A DNA stretch of 64,000 nucleotides, taken from contig NC_086097.1 of assembly GCF_963921235.1 (NCBI RefSeq), forward strand, positions 184,080,001-184,144,000, in the 5' to 3' direction. Positions 48,647 to 60,224 of this stretch are shown here, piece by piece (within the stretch, counting starts at the first letter, position 1; each line of letters starts with the position of its first letter). The translations under genes and the position numbers were made by a program. The notes under the pieces are model-generated. The model worked only from the letters and a program-made list of their open reading frames with translations. It searched no databases and was not told the DNA's origin. The stretch is from Mobula hypostoma. Taxonomy: Eukaryota.

Positions 48647-51600
48647 AAACATAGAACATAGAATAGTACAGCACAGTACAGGCTCTTCGGCCAACATTGT
48701 TGTGCCGACCCTTAAACCCTGCCTCCCATATAACCCCCCCACCTTAAATTCCTCCATATACCTGTCTAGTAGTCACTTAAATTTCACTAGTGTATCTGCC
48801 TCCCCCCCACCACTGACTCAGGCAGTGTATTCCACGCACCAACCACTCTCTGAGTAAAAAACATTCCTCTAATATCCCCCTTGAACTTCCCACCCCTTAT
48901 CTTAAAGCCATGTCCTCTTGTATTGAGCAGTGGTGCCCTGGGGAAGAGGCGCTGCCTATCCATTCTGTCTATTCCTCTTAATATCTTGTATACCTCTATC
49001 ATGTCTCCTCTCATCCTCCTCCTCTCCAAAGAGTAAAGCCCTAGCTCCCTTAAACTCTGATCATAATGCATACTCTCTAAACCAGGCAGCATCCTGGTAA
49101 ATCTCCTCTGTACCCTTTCCAATGTTTCCACATCCCTCCTATAGTGAGGTGACCAGAACTGGACACAGTACTCCAAGTGTGACCTAACCAGAGTTTTATA
49201 GAGCTGCATCATTACCTTGCAACTCTTAAACTCTATCCCTCAACTTATGAAAGCTAACACCCCATAAGCTTTCTTAACTACCCTATCTACCTGTGAGGCA
49301 ACTTTCAGGGATCTGTGGATATGTACCCCCAGATCCCTGTGCTCCTCCACACTACCAAGTATCCTACCATTTACTTTGTACTCTTCCTTAGATTTTGTCT
49401 TTCCAAAGTGTACAACCACACACTTTTCCGGGTTGAACTCCATCTGCCACTTCTCAGCCCACTTCTGCAACCTATAAATGTCTCTCTGCAATCTTCAACA
49501 ATCCTCCACACTATCCACAACACCACTAACCTTTGTGTCATCTGCAAACTTGCCAATCCACCCTTCTACCCCAACAACCAGGTTATTAATAAAACTCACG
49601 AAAAGTAGAGGTCCCAGAACCGATCCTTGTGGGACACCACTAGTCACAACCCTCCAATCTGAATGTACTCTCTCCACCATGACCCTCTGCCTTCTGCAGG
49701 CAAGCCAATTCTGAATCCACCTGGCCAAACTTCCCTGGATCCCATGTCTTCTGACTTTCTGAATAAGCCTACCATGTGGAACCTTGTCAAATGCCTTACT
49801 AAAATCCATATAGATCACATCCACTGCACTACCCTCATCTATATGCCTGGTCACCTCCTCAAAGAACTCTATCAGGCTTGTTAGACACGATCTGCCCTTC
49901 ACAAAGCCATGCTGACTGTCCCTGATCAGACCATGATTCTCTAAATGCCCAGAGATGCTATCTCTAATAATCTTTACCAACAGCTTTCCCACCACAGATG
50001 AAAGGCACGCTGGTCTATAAATACCCAACTATCCCTACTACCTTTTTTGAACAAGGGGACAACACTTGCCTCCCTCGAGTCCTCCGGTACCATTCCCCCG
50101 GTACCATTCCCATAGACAATGAGGACATAAAGATCCTAGCCAGAGGCTCAGCAATCTCTTCCCTCGCCTCATGGAGCAGCCTGGGGAATATTGCGTCAGT
50201 CCCGGGGACTTATCCGTCCTAATGTATTTTAATAACTCCAACATCTCCTCTCCCTTAATATCAACATGCTCTAGAACATCAATCTCTTACTAGTGCTTCT
50301 TTCAGTTAGTCCTGACAAAGGGTCTCGGCCCGAAACATCGACTGTACCTCTTCCTATAGTTGCTGCCTGGCCTGCTGTGTTCACCAGCAACTTCTTTGTG
50401 TGTTGCTTGAAATACCAGCATCTACAGATTTCCTCGTGTTTGCGTCCAGAACATCAACCTCACTCATATTGTCCTCACCATCATTAAGTTCCCTCTCATT
50501 GGTGGATACCGAAGAGAAGTATTCATTGAGGACCTCGCTCACTTCCACAGCCTCCAGGCACATCTTCCCACCTTTATGTCTAATCGGTCCTACCTTCACT
50601 CCTGTCATCCTTTTGTTCCTCACATAATTGAAGAATGTCTTGGGGTTTTCCTTTACCCTACTTGCCAAGGCCTTCTCATGCCCCCTTCTTGCTCTTCTCA
50701 TCCCCTTCTTAAGCTCTTTCTTGCTACCCTATATTCCTCAATAGACCCATCTGATCCTTGCTTCCTAAACCTCATGTACGCTGCCTTCTTCCATCTGACT
50801 AGATTTTCCACCTCACTTGTCACCCATGGTTTCTTCACCCAACCATTCTTTATCTTCCTCACTGGGACAAATTTATCCCTAACATCCTGCAAGAGATCTC
50901 TAAACGTCGACCACATGTCCATAGTACATTTCCCAACAAAAACATCATCCCAATTCACACCCGCAAGTTCTAGCCTTAGAGCTTCATAATTTGTCCTTCC
51001 CCAATTAAAAATTAAAAATTAAAAATGACCCGATTTGTTACCTAATACTAGATCTAGTATGGCATTCCCCCAGTCGGCCTGTCAACATACTGTGACAGGA
51101 ATCCATTCTGGAAAACACTTAACAAATTCTGTCCCGTCCAAACTCTTGGAACTAATCAGGTGCCAATCAATATCAGGGAAGTTAAAGTCACCCATGATAA
51201 CAACCCTGTTATTTTTGCACCTTTCCAAAATCTGCCTCCCAATCTGCTCCTCGGTATCTCTGCTGCTACCAGGGGGCCTATAGAATACCCCCAATAGAGT
51301 AACTGCTCCCTTCCTGTCCTGACTTCCACCCATACTGACTCAAAAGAGGATCCTGCTATATTACCCACCCTTTCTGTAGCTGTAACAGTATCCATGACCA
51401 GTAATGCCACCCCTCCACCCCTTTTCCCCCCTCTATCCCTTTTAAAGCACTGAAATCCAGGAATATTGAGAATCCATTTCTGCCCTGGTGCCAGCCAAAT
51501 CTCTGTAATGGCCACTACATCATAATTCCATGTATGTATCCAAGCTCTCAGTTCATCACCTTTGTTCCTGATGCTTCTTGCATTGAGGTACACACACTTT

Positions 51601-51783
51601 AGCCCTTCTACCTTACTACCTTTACACCCTTTATTCTGCTTCTCTTTCCTCAAAGCCTCTCTATATGTTAGATGTGGCTTTACTCCATGCCTTTCTTTCA
51701 CTGCTCTATCGCTCCGGGTCCCATCCCCCTTGCAAATTAGTTTAAACCCTCCCGAACGATGCTAGCAAACTTAACCTGCAAGG
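48647..51783 (-). mobile_element. CR1 (third family) with fragmented ORF2; truncated ~40 nt into ORF1
   Basis: APE at 51156-51701; RT at 49495-50028 (YMDFSKAFDKV, FADD); C-terminus at 48787-49212; repeat tail at 48647. Confidence 0.93.
50287..50444 (+). mobile_element. Penelope-type pLTR inserted in CR1 ORF2; hammerhead variant at 50308-50343
   Basis: 17-bp TSD tctagaacatcaatctc (50270-50286) / tccagaacatcaacctc (50445-50461); agtc-CTGACAA-a-gggtctcggccc-GAAAC-ATC-gact. Confidence 0.88.
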
Positions 51784-54700
51784 CTAGAGATTATAGGTTT
51801 AAGGTAAAGTCTATGAGGTTTAGATAGTTCCATATTGTTGTTGTTTTCATTTGTTCTACTTCAACGCACCTTGATCTGTATGTACAGTATGCAAGACTGT
51901 ATCTTGGTACACGTGACAATAATAAACTAACTCCAATTCCAATTCCATTTCCAACAAGTAACTCAATGAGCACCTGAATTGCCAAGGCATGGAAAGTTAT
52001 AGGCATGTTTTGTAAGTGGGATCAGCATAGTTGGGTGTTTGATGGTAGGCCTAAACACAGTGGGTGGATGGGGCTGATTTTGTGTTGTTTATCATTATGA
52101 CTTCCATTGATAGTCAGCCATATTGACATCCTGGCTGGCAGAAGTTACAAAAATAACAAGCAGGAGGCCACATCTAGGGGGACTGCTCTAAGAAGTAGAA
52201 AGGTAAGCTAAGGTACTAAACCTTCGTCAGAGTGGAAAGGTGAAGATCAAAATCCTCAAGGTTTTCTTGTGAAGCTTAAGGCCAGCACTCTGGCTAGTCT
52301 TGGCCAGCAGGGACAGCTAATAAAGCAGAGCTTTGACAGTTGCAGGCATTTGCTTTATATTAGTGCTGGACAGCTGACACTTCAGGCTTCATACTTATTT
52401 ACAAGTAGTTTTGACCAGTCTCTGTGAGTTTGGCAGAAAGTCAAAAAATCCCGTATGTACTATATAAACAACATTTGTAACCTTCTTTTCCCCAGGCAAG
52501 AAACTGGACCTATTTCTGTATGTTTTTCACATGCAACACACATATAAATGTGGCTTTAGAATTTTAGAGTGATGGAGTCATGCAGCCCAGAGTGACAGAA
52601 GCATCTCCCTTTCTTTTGTCTTCCCTCAACTCCACGGCAATAAGTCACACTACTGAATTTAAAGACCATGAATGTAGAAGTTTTACACTCATTCTTCTAC
52701 TTCATGCATCATATATGTTTTATTATGAATAAAGTGTATTTTTGAAATAAAAAAAATATTGGCATGACATTCTTTCCTGCAGCTGTCATGACAACTGTAC
52801 TACTTCAAGTTCTGACTCACTTTCCCGAGGTCAGAGTGAAACAGCCTTAAGTAACTTCAAACTCTGCATGCATATTCTGACAGGAACTGCACAGAATCTA
52901 TTTTAGCAAATAAATCTGTGTGCTATTCACTAGTCTTAATACATTTTTTACCAAACTGCTGGGTTCCTGCGCAGGTGTTAATACTATATGCAACATTTGT
53001 TTAGTCCATCGTAACAGCAAGAGCTAGTATCTGTGCATAGATTAGCTGATCTGGAAACTTGTAGAAGTAATTCTTAATAGTTGTCTCCAGTCAAAAAAGG
53101 GACTAAGGCAAAAAAGCTGAAAAACCATCAAAAATAAACAGGTTATTGAGCTAAGCCATTCAAAATTCTTTGTAACCTTTATAAGATGCAATAAGGTCCA
53201 CATGGTCCTTTTAAGATTCCATTCATTGCTTCAACTCATCACTTTCAGATGCAAATTCCCATCTCTGTTTTGGTAATGCTTTAATTTTAAGCAGTGAACC
53301 TTAGTTCTAGAATCCCCTACAGCTAAGTAAGTATGTAAATTTATTATCAAAGTACATATATGTCATCATGTACTATCTTGAGATCAATTTTCTTGTGGAC
53401 ATTCATAGTAAGTACTAAGAAACAATAGAATCAAGGAAAAACTGCACACAAAGATGGACAAGTAATAAGAAGAAGTATCAGCTTTACATCCACTCTATCA
53501 AGGCTCTTCAGCTTTTTGTAAGCTCCCTTCTAATTCTTCAGAACTCCAGTGAATACACGCCTAAATTCTCTGATCTATCCTCATAAGATAACTCACCTAT
53601 TCCAGGTGTCACTCTAGTAAACTTTCCCTGAACCATCTCTGGCTTTATTTACAGCATTTCTTAAATAAAAATTCATGAACCAGGGTGGGTTGATTCACTT
53701 TCCAATTATTGATGCCTATGGATAGATCTGCTTCCTTTGTTCAGAGTACCTTTTGATGGATCTTTTGAGATTTGGAACTCTCTGCATACTGAACTCACAG
53801 TAATGAATCAAAGTTGTTGCTGCTTTATAGCTACAGTATATTCATGCACTTGCATATTGATTACCTTTATGATGTGCAGTTTGCTTCACCTCAAAACAAA
53901 TGATCAAAGGCCTACATGGAGAAGCAGTCATCTGCTGGAATCTTTGGGAAAAATACAGTTATCTGATTTCCTTATTTTTAATGCTTCAATTGGTTTAAAT
54001 CACTGAATTGTTAATGATGTAAAATTTCTTTTATATGTCATATCTTTGGCACATCCATCGCTTGATCCTACCACACTGAAATGAGTTCACTCTGCACTGC
54101 TGAGAAAAGATATAACATTATGGTAATTTCATTCTTCGACTGAAGGACTATCAAAGAGTCAAGAAGCCTGAAGCACATCTCTCTCTCTCTCTCTCTTACA
54201 CATCACATTTATCAAAGCTTCTTTTCATGGGTCAAACATTGACAGATTGTCAGTTACAGATTTGTCTTTTCCAGTGCATTGAATAAGATGAAAAATATTC
54301 AGACAGAAAAGTGAAAAATGCTGTCTCTGACACTGTGTTTTCTTGCACTTCATTCTCATCTTTTCAAAATAAGATATTTGGCACGTTTAGCAGAGTAAAA
54401 ACATGGTTAATAATCTTCCATTATACATTTGAATCTTATTTCCACATGTCCAAAGTGAATGAATCTTGCCTTACTAATGATCAACCTTCAAATATTCAAT
54501 TTCCTTTACTCCAGGTTCCTACTACGATACGATAAATTGTCATTCATCCAGATTAGTTTACCGTAATAAGCAACAAAGGTTAGATTGTTGCCTATCACTT
54601 CTGACAGTACTACATGTTTCAATGCAGAACTAATAAACATTTACTCATTTAAAATATTTCACAGTGGACAGATCTACTTTGCAAAAATTGGTTAGATACT

Positions 54701-54824
54701 CCTAAACTACAGGGAAATATTAAAGGGCAATCCTATCCTATATGTACAGAAAATTGCCAACATAATAGGTCAGCACTTCAGATCTGTCACGATAAATAAG
54801 TTTTTTTATTCTATCAAAACCTAC

Positions 54825-54948
54825 ATGATTTTCAACATATCTGTCACGGTTTCCTTTAGCTTCTTTAAGATGAACAACCCCAGTTTCTCTGATCTCTACA
54901 TGTAATAAATGATTTTCATCAAAGGTATATTTTGCACGCCACAGTTCC
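54825..54948 (-). CDS. Putative coding exon of host gene B (ELWRAKYTFDENHLLHVEIRETGVVHLKEAKGNRDRYVENH)
   Basis: Pyrimidine-rich region then tctccaAG; donor CAT|GTAGGT; 124 bp, phase 2/0, compatible with 41528. Confidence 0.65.
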
Positions 54949-55446
54949 CTTGGAGACATTTGATTGTGTAGTGGGAAAGAAATTTCAAAAAAGGTGAACA
55001 GGTGCAGTCAGTGCATGCCAGTTTCTTTAGAGACGCTGGATTGTGCATAATTAGGCGGTTGGCAAGGGCCAATAAAATGAAATTAAGTTTAAGCAGAGCA
55101 TCCATTGTATGAGTGGGCCAGTGCTAGAGTGAGGAGTTTAGGCTTTGAATCATTGAGGCTTCAGCAAGGAGAGGCAGAGTCTGTAGGTAGATTATTGTTT
55201 GTTTAATTCTTTATCTTTCCTATTGCACAGTTAGAACAGTGGGGATGCCAGGCAGGATAGTGGAATGTTCCTCTTGCAGGATTTGGGAAGGCAGGTAGAT
55301 CTCCAATGTTCCTGATGACTACACCAGCAAGAAGTACATCCAGCTGCAGTTTCTTTCAGATCATGTTAAGGAATTGGAGCTGGAGCTGGATGAACTCTGG
55401 ATCATTCAGGAGTTGATCAATAGAACATAGAGGGAGGGTGCAGGAC

Positions 55447-57459
55447 TGTCATCAAACCTTTGGATCAATAGGAGGCCCCCAAGGGCTCCAGACTTAGGCA
55501 CTCTACTTCACTTGAATATCATTAGTTTATGTAATTGTGGCTTGTGTTATCTGTTAATTGCTCCCTGAAGTTATTTGGTGCTGTTGATTGGTAACTTTCT
55601 AGTGTGACCCTATACTATTTAAGTTATGCATGCTGAGCACGTTTTGCTCAGTCTTGAAAAGGCCTTTCCAAGAGATGATTGTTCTAAGTTTCCTGTGTGT
55701 TATGTTTGTTCTTAATAAAGACAAACTCAGTGTGTGTAAATGCTAGAACATTTTATTACTTAACTGTTGCTCAACGCTGAGCACACGTGACTAGCTCATC
55801 ATCTAAGCTGTTATGAGTTTCTTGAGTTACATCAGGTAAACACCCGCGCCTCACAAAGACGGCTGCGCACTCTTCCATGTGTGTTGGGTGGTCATCCTTG
55901 GTCTGTGAAGCCGCTACGAAACTCTTTTCATCAGGTTGAGCTTTTCACATGAACTCAGACCTAATACTAGCTGTACTCTCTTTTCTGCAACCAGTAGCTG
56001 TGCCTTTAGGTGCTGCCTCCTGTGCTTGCAGGTCACTATACAGCCACCTTTACTGAAACATTCACTCCAGCATAGCCTGACACTTTTAATTTCACTGGGT
56101 AAATCTTGTTCTTTACTTTGAGTGTCTTGTAATCATCCATGGATAACAGATTCTCCTGAGCTCCAGTGTCAAGCTTCAAGGGAATTACTGTCTCATTCAC
56201 GGTCACTGGAACAATCCATTCTCTTTTACCACCACCAGCAGTCTATAGACAATCCACAAAGACTTCCTCCATTTTCTCAACAGTGTGCACCTTTCTCTTG
56301 ACAGCCCCAGTTTTGCAGCCCTTTGAAGATGATTATTCTTTCCAAAATTATTTCAGGACTTTCCATAAGCAGGATGCTTCTTTGGAATGTGACTATCTCC
56401 ACACTTGCTGCATTTGCCGCTCGAGTCTTCCTTTTTGCTTTGCTGATGCTTTAGGAAACATTTTGTGTGCTGCCCCTCTGTTTTCACAGCATGCACTGTT
56501 GTGTCAGCCCTATGCACCTCCCAAGCTTGTGCTTTTGTGGTTTCTGCTGCCCTACACATATCCACAGCCTTCTCCAGCAACAAATCTTTTTCACGCAGCA
56601 ATCTTTCTCTGAGCTCATTATCTGGGATTCCACATATTATTCTGTCTCTGACTAGCGAGTCTCTTAAACCTCCAGATTCACAGTACTCAGTGTGTGAAAC
56701 TCAGCATAGTATCGGTCAATGCTAACACCTTCTTTCTGATCACAGGAAAAAAAAACTGATATCTCAGAAACGTGACGTTTTTACTTGGGACAAAGTACTC
56801 AAACTTTGTCATTGGAGTAAACGATGTCTCTTCACTTCAAAAGCAGTTATAGATGTCCACAGTATCTTGGCCAAGTACATGCAGAAAAATAGATGCTCAT
56901 CAGACCCTCCAGCTCTGCTAGCTGCTAAATATATATTGAATCATTGTTTGAAGCATTTCCAGTTATCAGTTAAATTGCTAGTAAACGGCAGAAGGACTTA
57001 GGTTATCCATGCCTCTCACCCACATTTCTTGGTGAATTCGATGAGCTTTGTGACACAGTGTGCTCTCTTGCCTCACTGGCCAGATTTTCTCCATTATAGC
57101 TTCTTTCTCAGTCGCTCACACTATTTATTTACTGTCCACATTTAGACCTCACGCCGACCTCTGACTCCACGTTATGTTTGTTCTTTATAAAGACAAACAG
57201 TGTGGGCAAATGCTAGAAAATTTTATTACTTAACTATTGTTCAACACTGACCACGTGCGACCAGCTCAACATCTAAGTTTCCAAATCTGGCTGAACCACC
57301 AGCATTACCTACCGGGAACTGAAGTTCTTTATTATACACACATAATAGCACACTGTGTATCTTCATTGATTCCACCGTGAATAAACTCGTGGCGATGTTT
57401 TATATTCAAATCTCCTGTTACTCTGTGGCTGGGTTCACTAACCTGAGCTCATCATTACA
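55447..57459 (+). mobile_element. Solo LTR interrupted by a nested Gypsy element
   Basis: TGTCAT...ATTACA; TSD aggac (55442-55446) / aggat (57460-57464); AATAAA near 57380. Confidence 0.7.
55698..57277 (-). mobile_element. Short-LTR, internally deleted Mag-like Gypsy (gag-protease only)
   Basis: LTRs 55698-55831 and 57170-57277 (clipped); PBS-like tggagtcagagg at 57158-57169; gag NWKCFKQ..RDRIICGI..LLREKDL; protease KLDTGAQ. Confidence 0.82.
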
Positions 57460-57864
57460 AGGATATGGTTAACTTGGTGACCATCGGGGGGGGGCGGGGG
57501 GAACGGGGATAGGCAGTGAAGAGTACCTCTGTGGCCCTTCCCCTCAATAACAGGTATACCACTTTGAATACTTTTGGAAGGGGGAGAGGAATGACCTAGC
57601 AGAGGAATGCCACAGTGATCAGGTCTCTTACACTGAGTCTGGCTCTGTGGCTCAGAAGGGAAGGGGGGAGAAGAGCTGAGCTGTCGTGTTGGGGGAACTG
57701 ACAGGAAGTTCTGTGGAAGAGAATGAAATTTCCTGATAGTATGTTGCTGCATAGGTGCCAGAGTCAGGAACATCTTAGATCAAGTCCAGAGCATTCTTAA
57801 ATGGGAGGGTGAGCAGCCAGGTGTTGTGGTCCACATTGACACTAATGATATGGGTAGGAAGCAT

Positions 57865-58490
57865 ATGAACTTCTACCTGAGGAGCGACTTAGACCTGCTC
57901 CAATTTTCCCACCATTACAGCAAGTCAACATCAGATGCCATTTCATTGCCTCTCCACCCTAGCTCTGGGACATCTGGACAGCGAAGATGCACACATCAGG
58001 ACACTGTTCATTGACTGCAGCTCTGTATTCAATACTATCATTCCCTCAAAACTGTTCAATACACTCCACAACCCTGGCCTCATACCTCCTTGCGCAACTA
58101 GATCCTTGATTTCCTCAGTATTAGTCCCCAGTCACTTTCGATTGGCAACAACATCTCCTTCACAATCATCTTCGACACAAGTGCACTACAAGGCCATGTG
58201 CTTAGCACCTTGCTCTACCTGATTTATACTTATGACTGTGAGACTAAGTTCAACTCCAATGCCATTTTTAAGTTTGCTGACGACGCCACAGTCATTGGAC
58301 AAATAACAGGTGGTGGTGAATCAGCATATAGGAGGGAGATTGAGAATCTGGCAGAGTGGTGCCACAGGAACAACCTCTCACTCAACATCAGCAAAACCAA
58401 AGAACTGATTAATAACTTCAGGTGGAGGAAACCACAGGTCCATGAGCCAGTCCTTACTGGGGGATCAGAGGCGAAGAGGATCAGAACCTC
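57865..58490 (+). mobile_element. Rex1/Babar-like RT fragment
   Basis: LFIDCSSVFNTIIP, KFADDATVIG, WCHRNNLSLNISKTKEL. Confidence 0.85.
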
Positions 58491-58762
58491 TTTTATGTCA
58501 CAGAGAAAACAGATCTCTACAAAGTGATTTAAACTAATTACAAATATCAAACGCAAAGTAATTGATTTCTTTAGTATCACCCCCTTCAAGTCAGTATTGC
58601 TTTGGCAGCAATTACAACTTTGAGTCTGTGTAGATAGGTCTCTATCAGCTTTGCACATCTGGACACTGCAATTTTCACCCCATTCTTCTTTACAAAACTG
58701 CTCAAGCTCTGTCAGATTGCATGGGGATTGTGAGTGAACAGCCCTTTTCAAGTCCAGCCACC
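58491..58762 (-). mobile_element. Tc1-like transposon fragment
   Basis: KRAVH..NLTELEQFCKEEW transposase C-terminus. Confidence 0.75.
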
Positions 58763-58764
58763 AA

Positions 58765-59825
58765 TTTTCCCTTAAGGAAACCCATGCTGCCTTTGTCCTG
58801 TCTTGTCCCGTGTCACCAAGTACTCCATAACCTCATCCTTAACAATTGACTCCAACACCTTCCTAACCACTGGGGTTAGGCTAATTAGTCTATAATTTCC
58901 TTTCTGCTGCCTCCCTCCTTTCTTAAAGAGTTGAGTGACATTTGAAAGTTTCCAGTTCTCTGGCACCATGCCAGAGTCCAAAGATTTTTTGAAACATCAT
59001 TTCTAGTGCCACCACAATCTCTAACGCTACCTCTTTCAGAACCCTAGTGTGCAGTTCATCTGGCCCAGGTGACCTATGCATCTTTAGGTCTTTCAGCTTT
59101 TTGAGCACCTTCTCCCTTGTTATAGTAACTGCACTCATTTCTCTTCCATCACACCCTTCAACACCTGGTACACACTGTCTTCCACAGTGAAGACTGATGC
59201 AAAATACTCATTTAGTTCATCTGCCATCTCCTTGTCCCCTGTTATTACTTCTCCTGATTCATTTTCTAGTGATCCTATATCCACTCTCATCCCTCTTTTA
59301 TTTTTAATAATCTTGAAAAAGTTTTTCTATCCACTTTGATATTGTTTGCTAGCTTGCTTTCATATTTCATTTTCCCTCCTAATAATTCTTTTAGTTGCTT
59401 TCTGTAGGTTTTTAAAAGCTTCCCGATCCTCTATCTTCCTGCTAATGTTTGCTTCATTGTATGCCTTCTCTTTTGCCTTTACATTAGCTTTGATTTCCCT
59501 TGTTAGCCATGGTGCACTATATTGCAGTTTGAATATTTCTTTGATTTCTGGAATATATCTACAGTATCCTGCAACTTCCTCATTTTTCACAGAAACTCAA
59601 GCTATTGTCATCCCTGCCAGCATCTCCTTCCAATTTACTTTAGCTAACTGCTTTCCCTTACCCCTGTAATTTCCTTTACTTCACTGAAATACTGCTATGT
59701 CAGACTTGCTTTCTCCCTGTCAAGTTTCAAGTTGAACTCAATCATATTGTGATCATTTGTTCTTAAGGGTTCTTTTACCTTAAGCTCCCTAATTGCTTCC
59801 AGTTCATTTCATAACAGCTAATCCA
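58765..59825 (-). mobile_element. CR1 ORF2 fragment
   Basis: PWLTREIKANVK, SPGPDELHTRVLKE, GNYRLISLT. Confidence 0.85.
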
Positions 59826-60224
59826 CTTGGACTATGAAGGATGTAGATATCAAACAGCCTTTTTCCACTGAGGGAGATTTGATAGAGGTATGCAAAATTA
59901 TGAGGGATCTAGACAGGGTAAATGCAACAGATTTTTTCTGCTGATGTTATGTGCAACTAGGAGTGGTCATGGGTTAAGGGTGAAAGGTGAAATATTTAAG
60001 GGGAACATGTGGAGGAACTACTTCACTCAGATTATGAAATGAACTACCAGCAGAAATGTAGATGCTGGTTTGATTTCAACATTTACAAGAAATATGGATA
60101 GGTCCATGGATGGGAGGGGTATGGAGGGTTATTGTTTGGGTACAGGTTGATGGGCCTGGGCAGATTAATATTTTGGCCTGGACTAAATGGGCCAATGGGC
60201 CTGTTTCTGGGCTATAGTGTTCTG

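Larger units (their letters stand above)
55110..57862 (+). mobile_element. CR1 5'UTR/ORF1 relic split by LTR insertions
   Basis: VECSSCRIWE..KELELELDELWII (55260-55410); resumes at 57460 with LNNRYT..CCIGARVR..VHIDTND. Confidence 0.8.
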
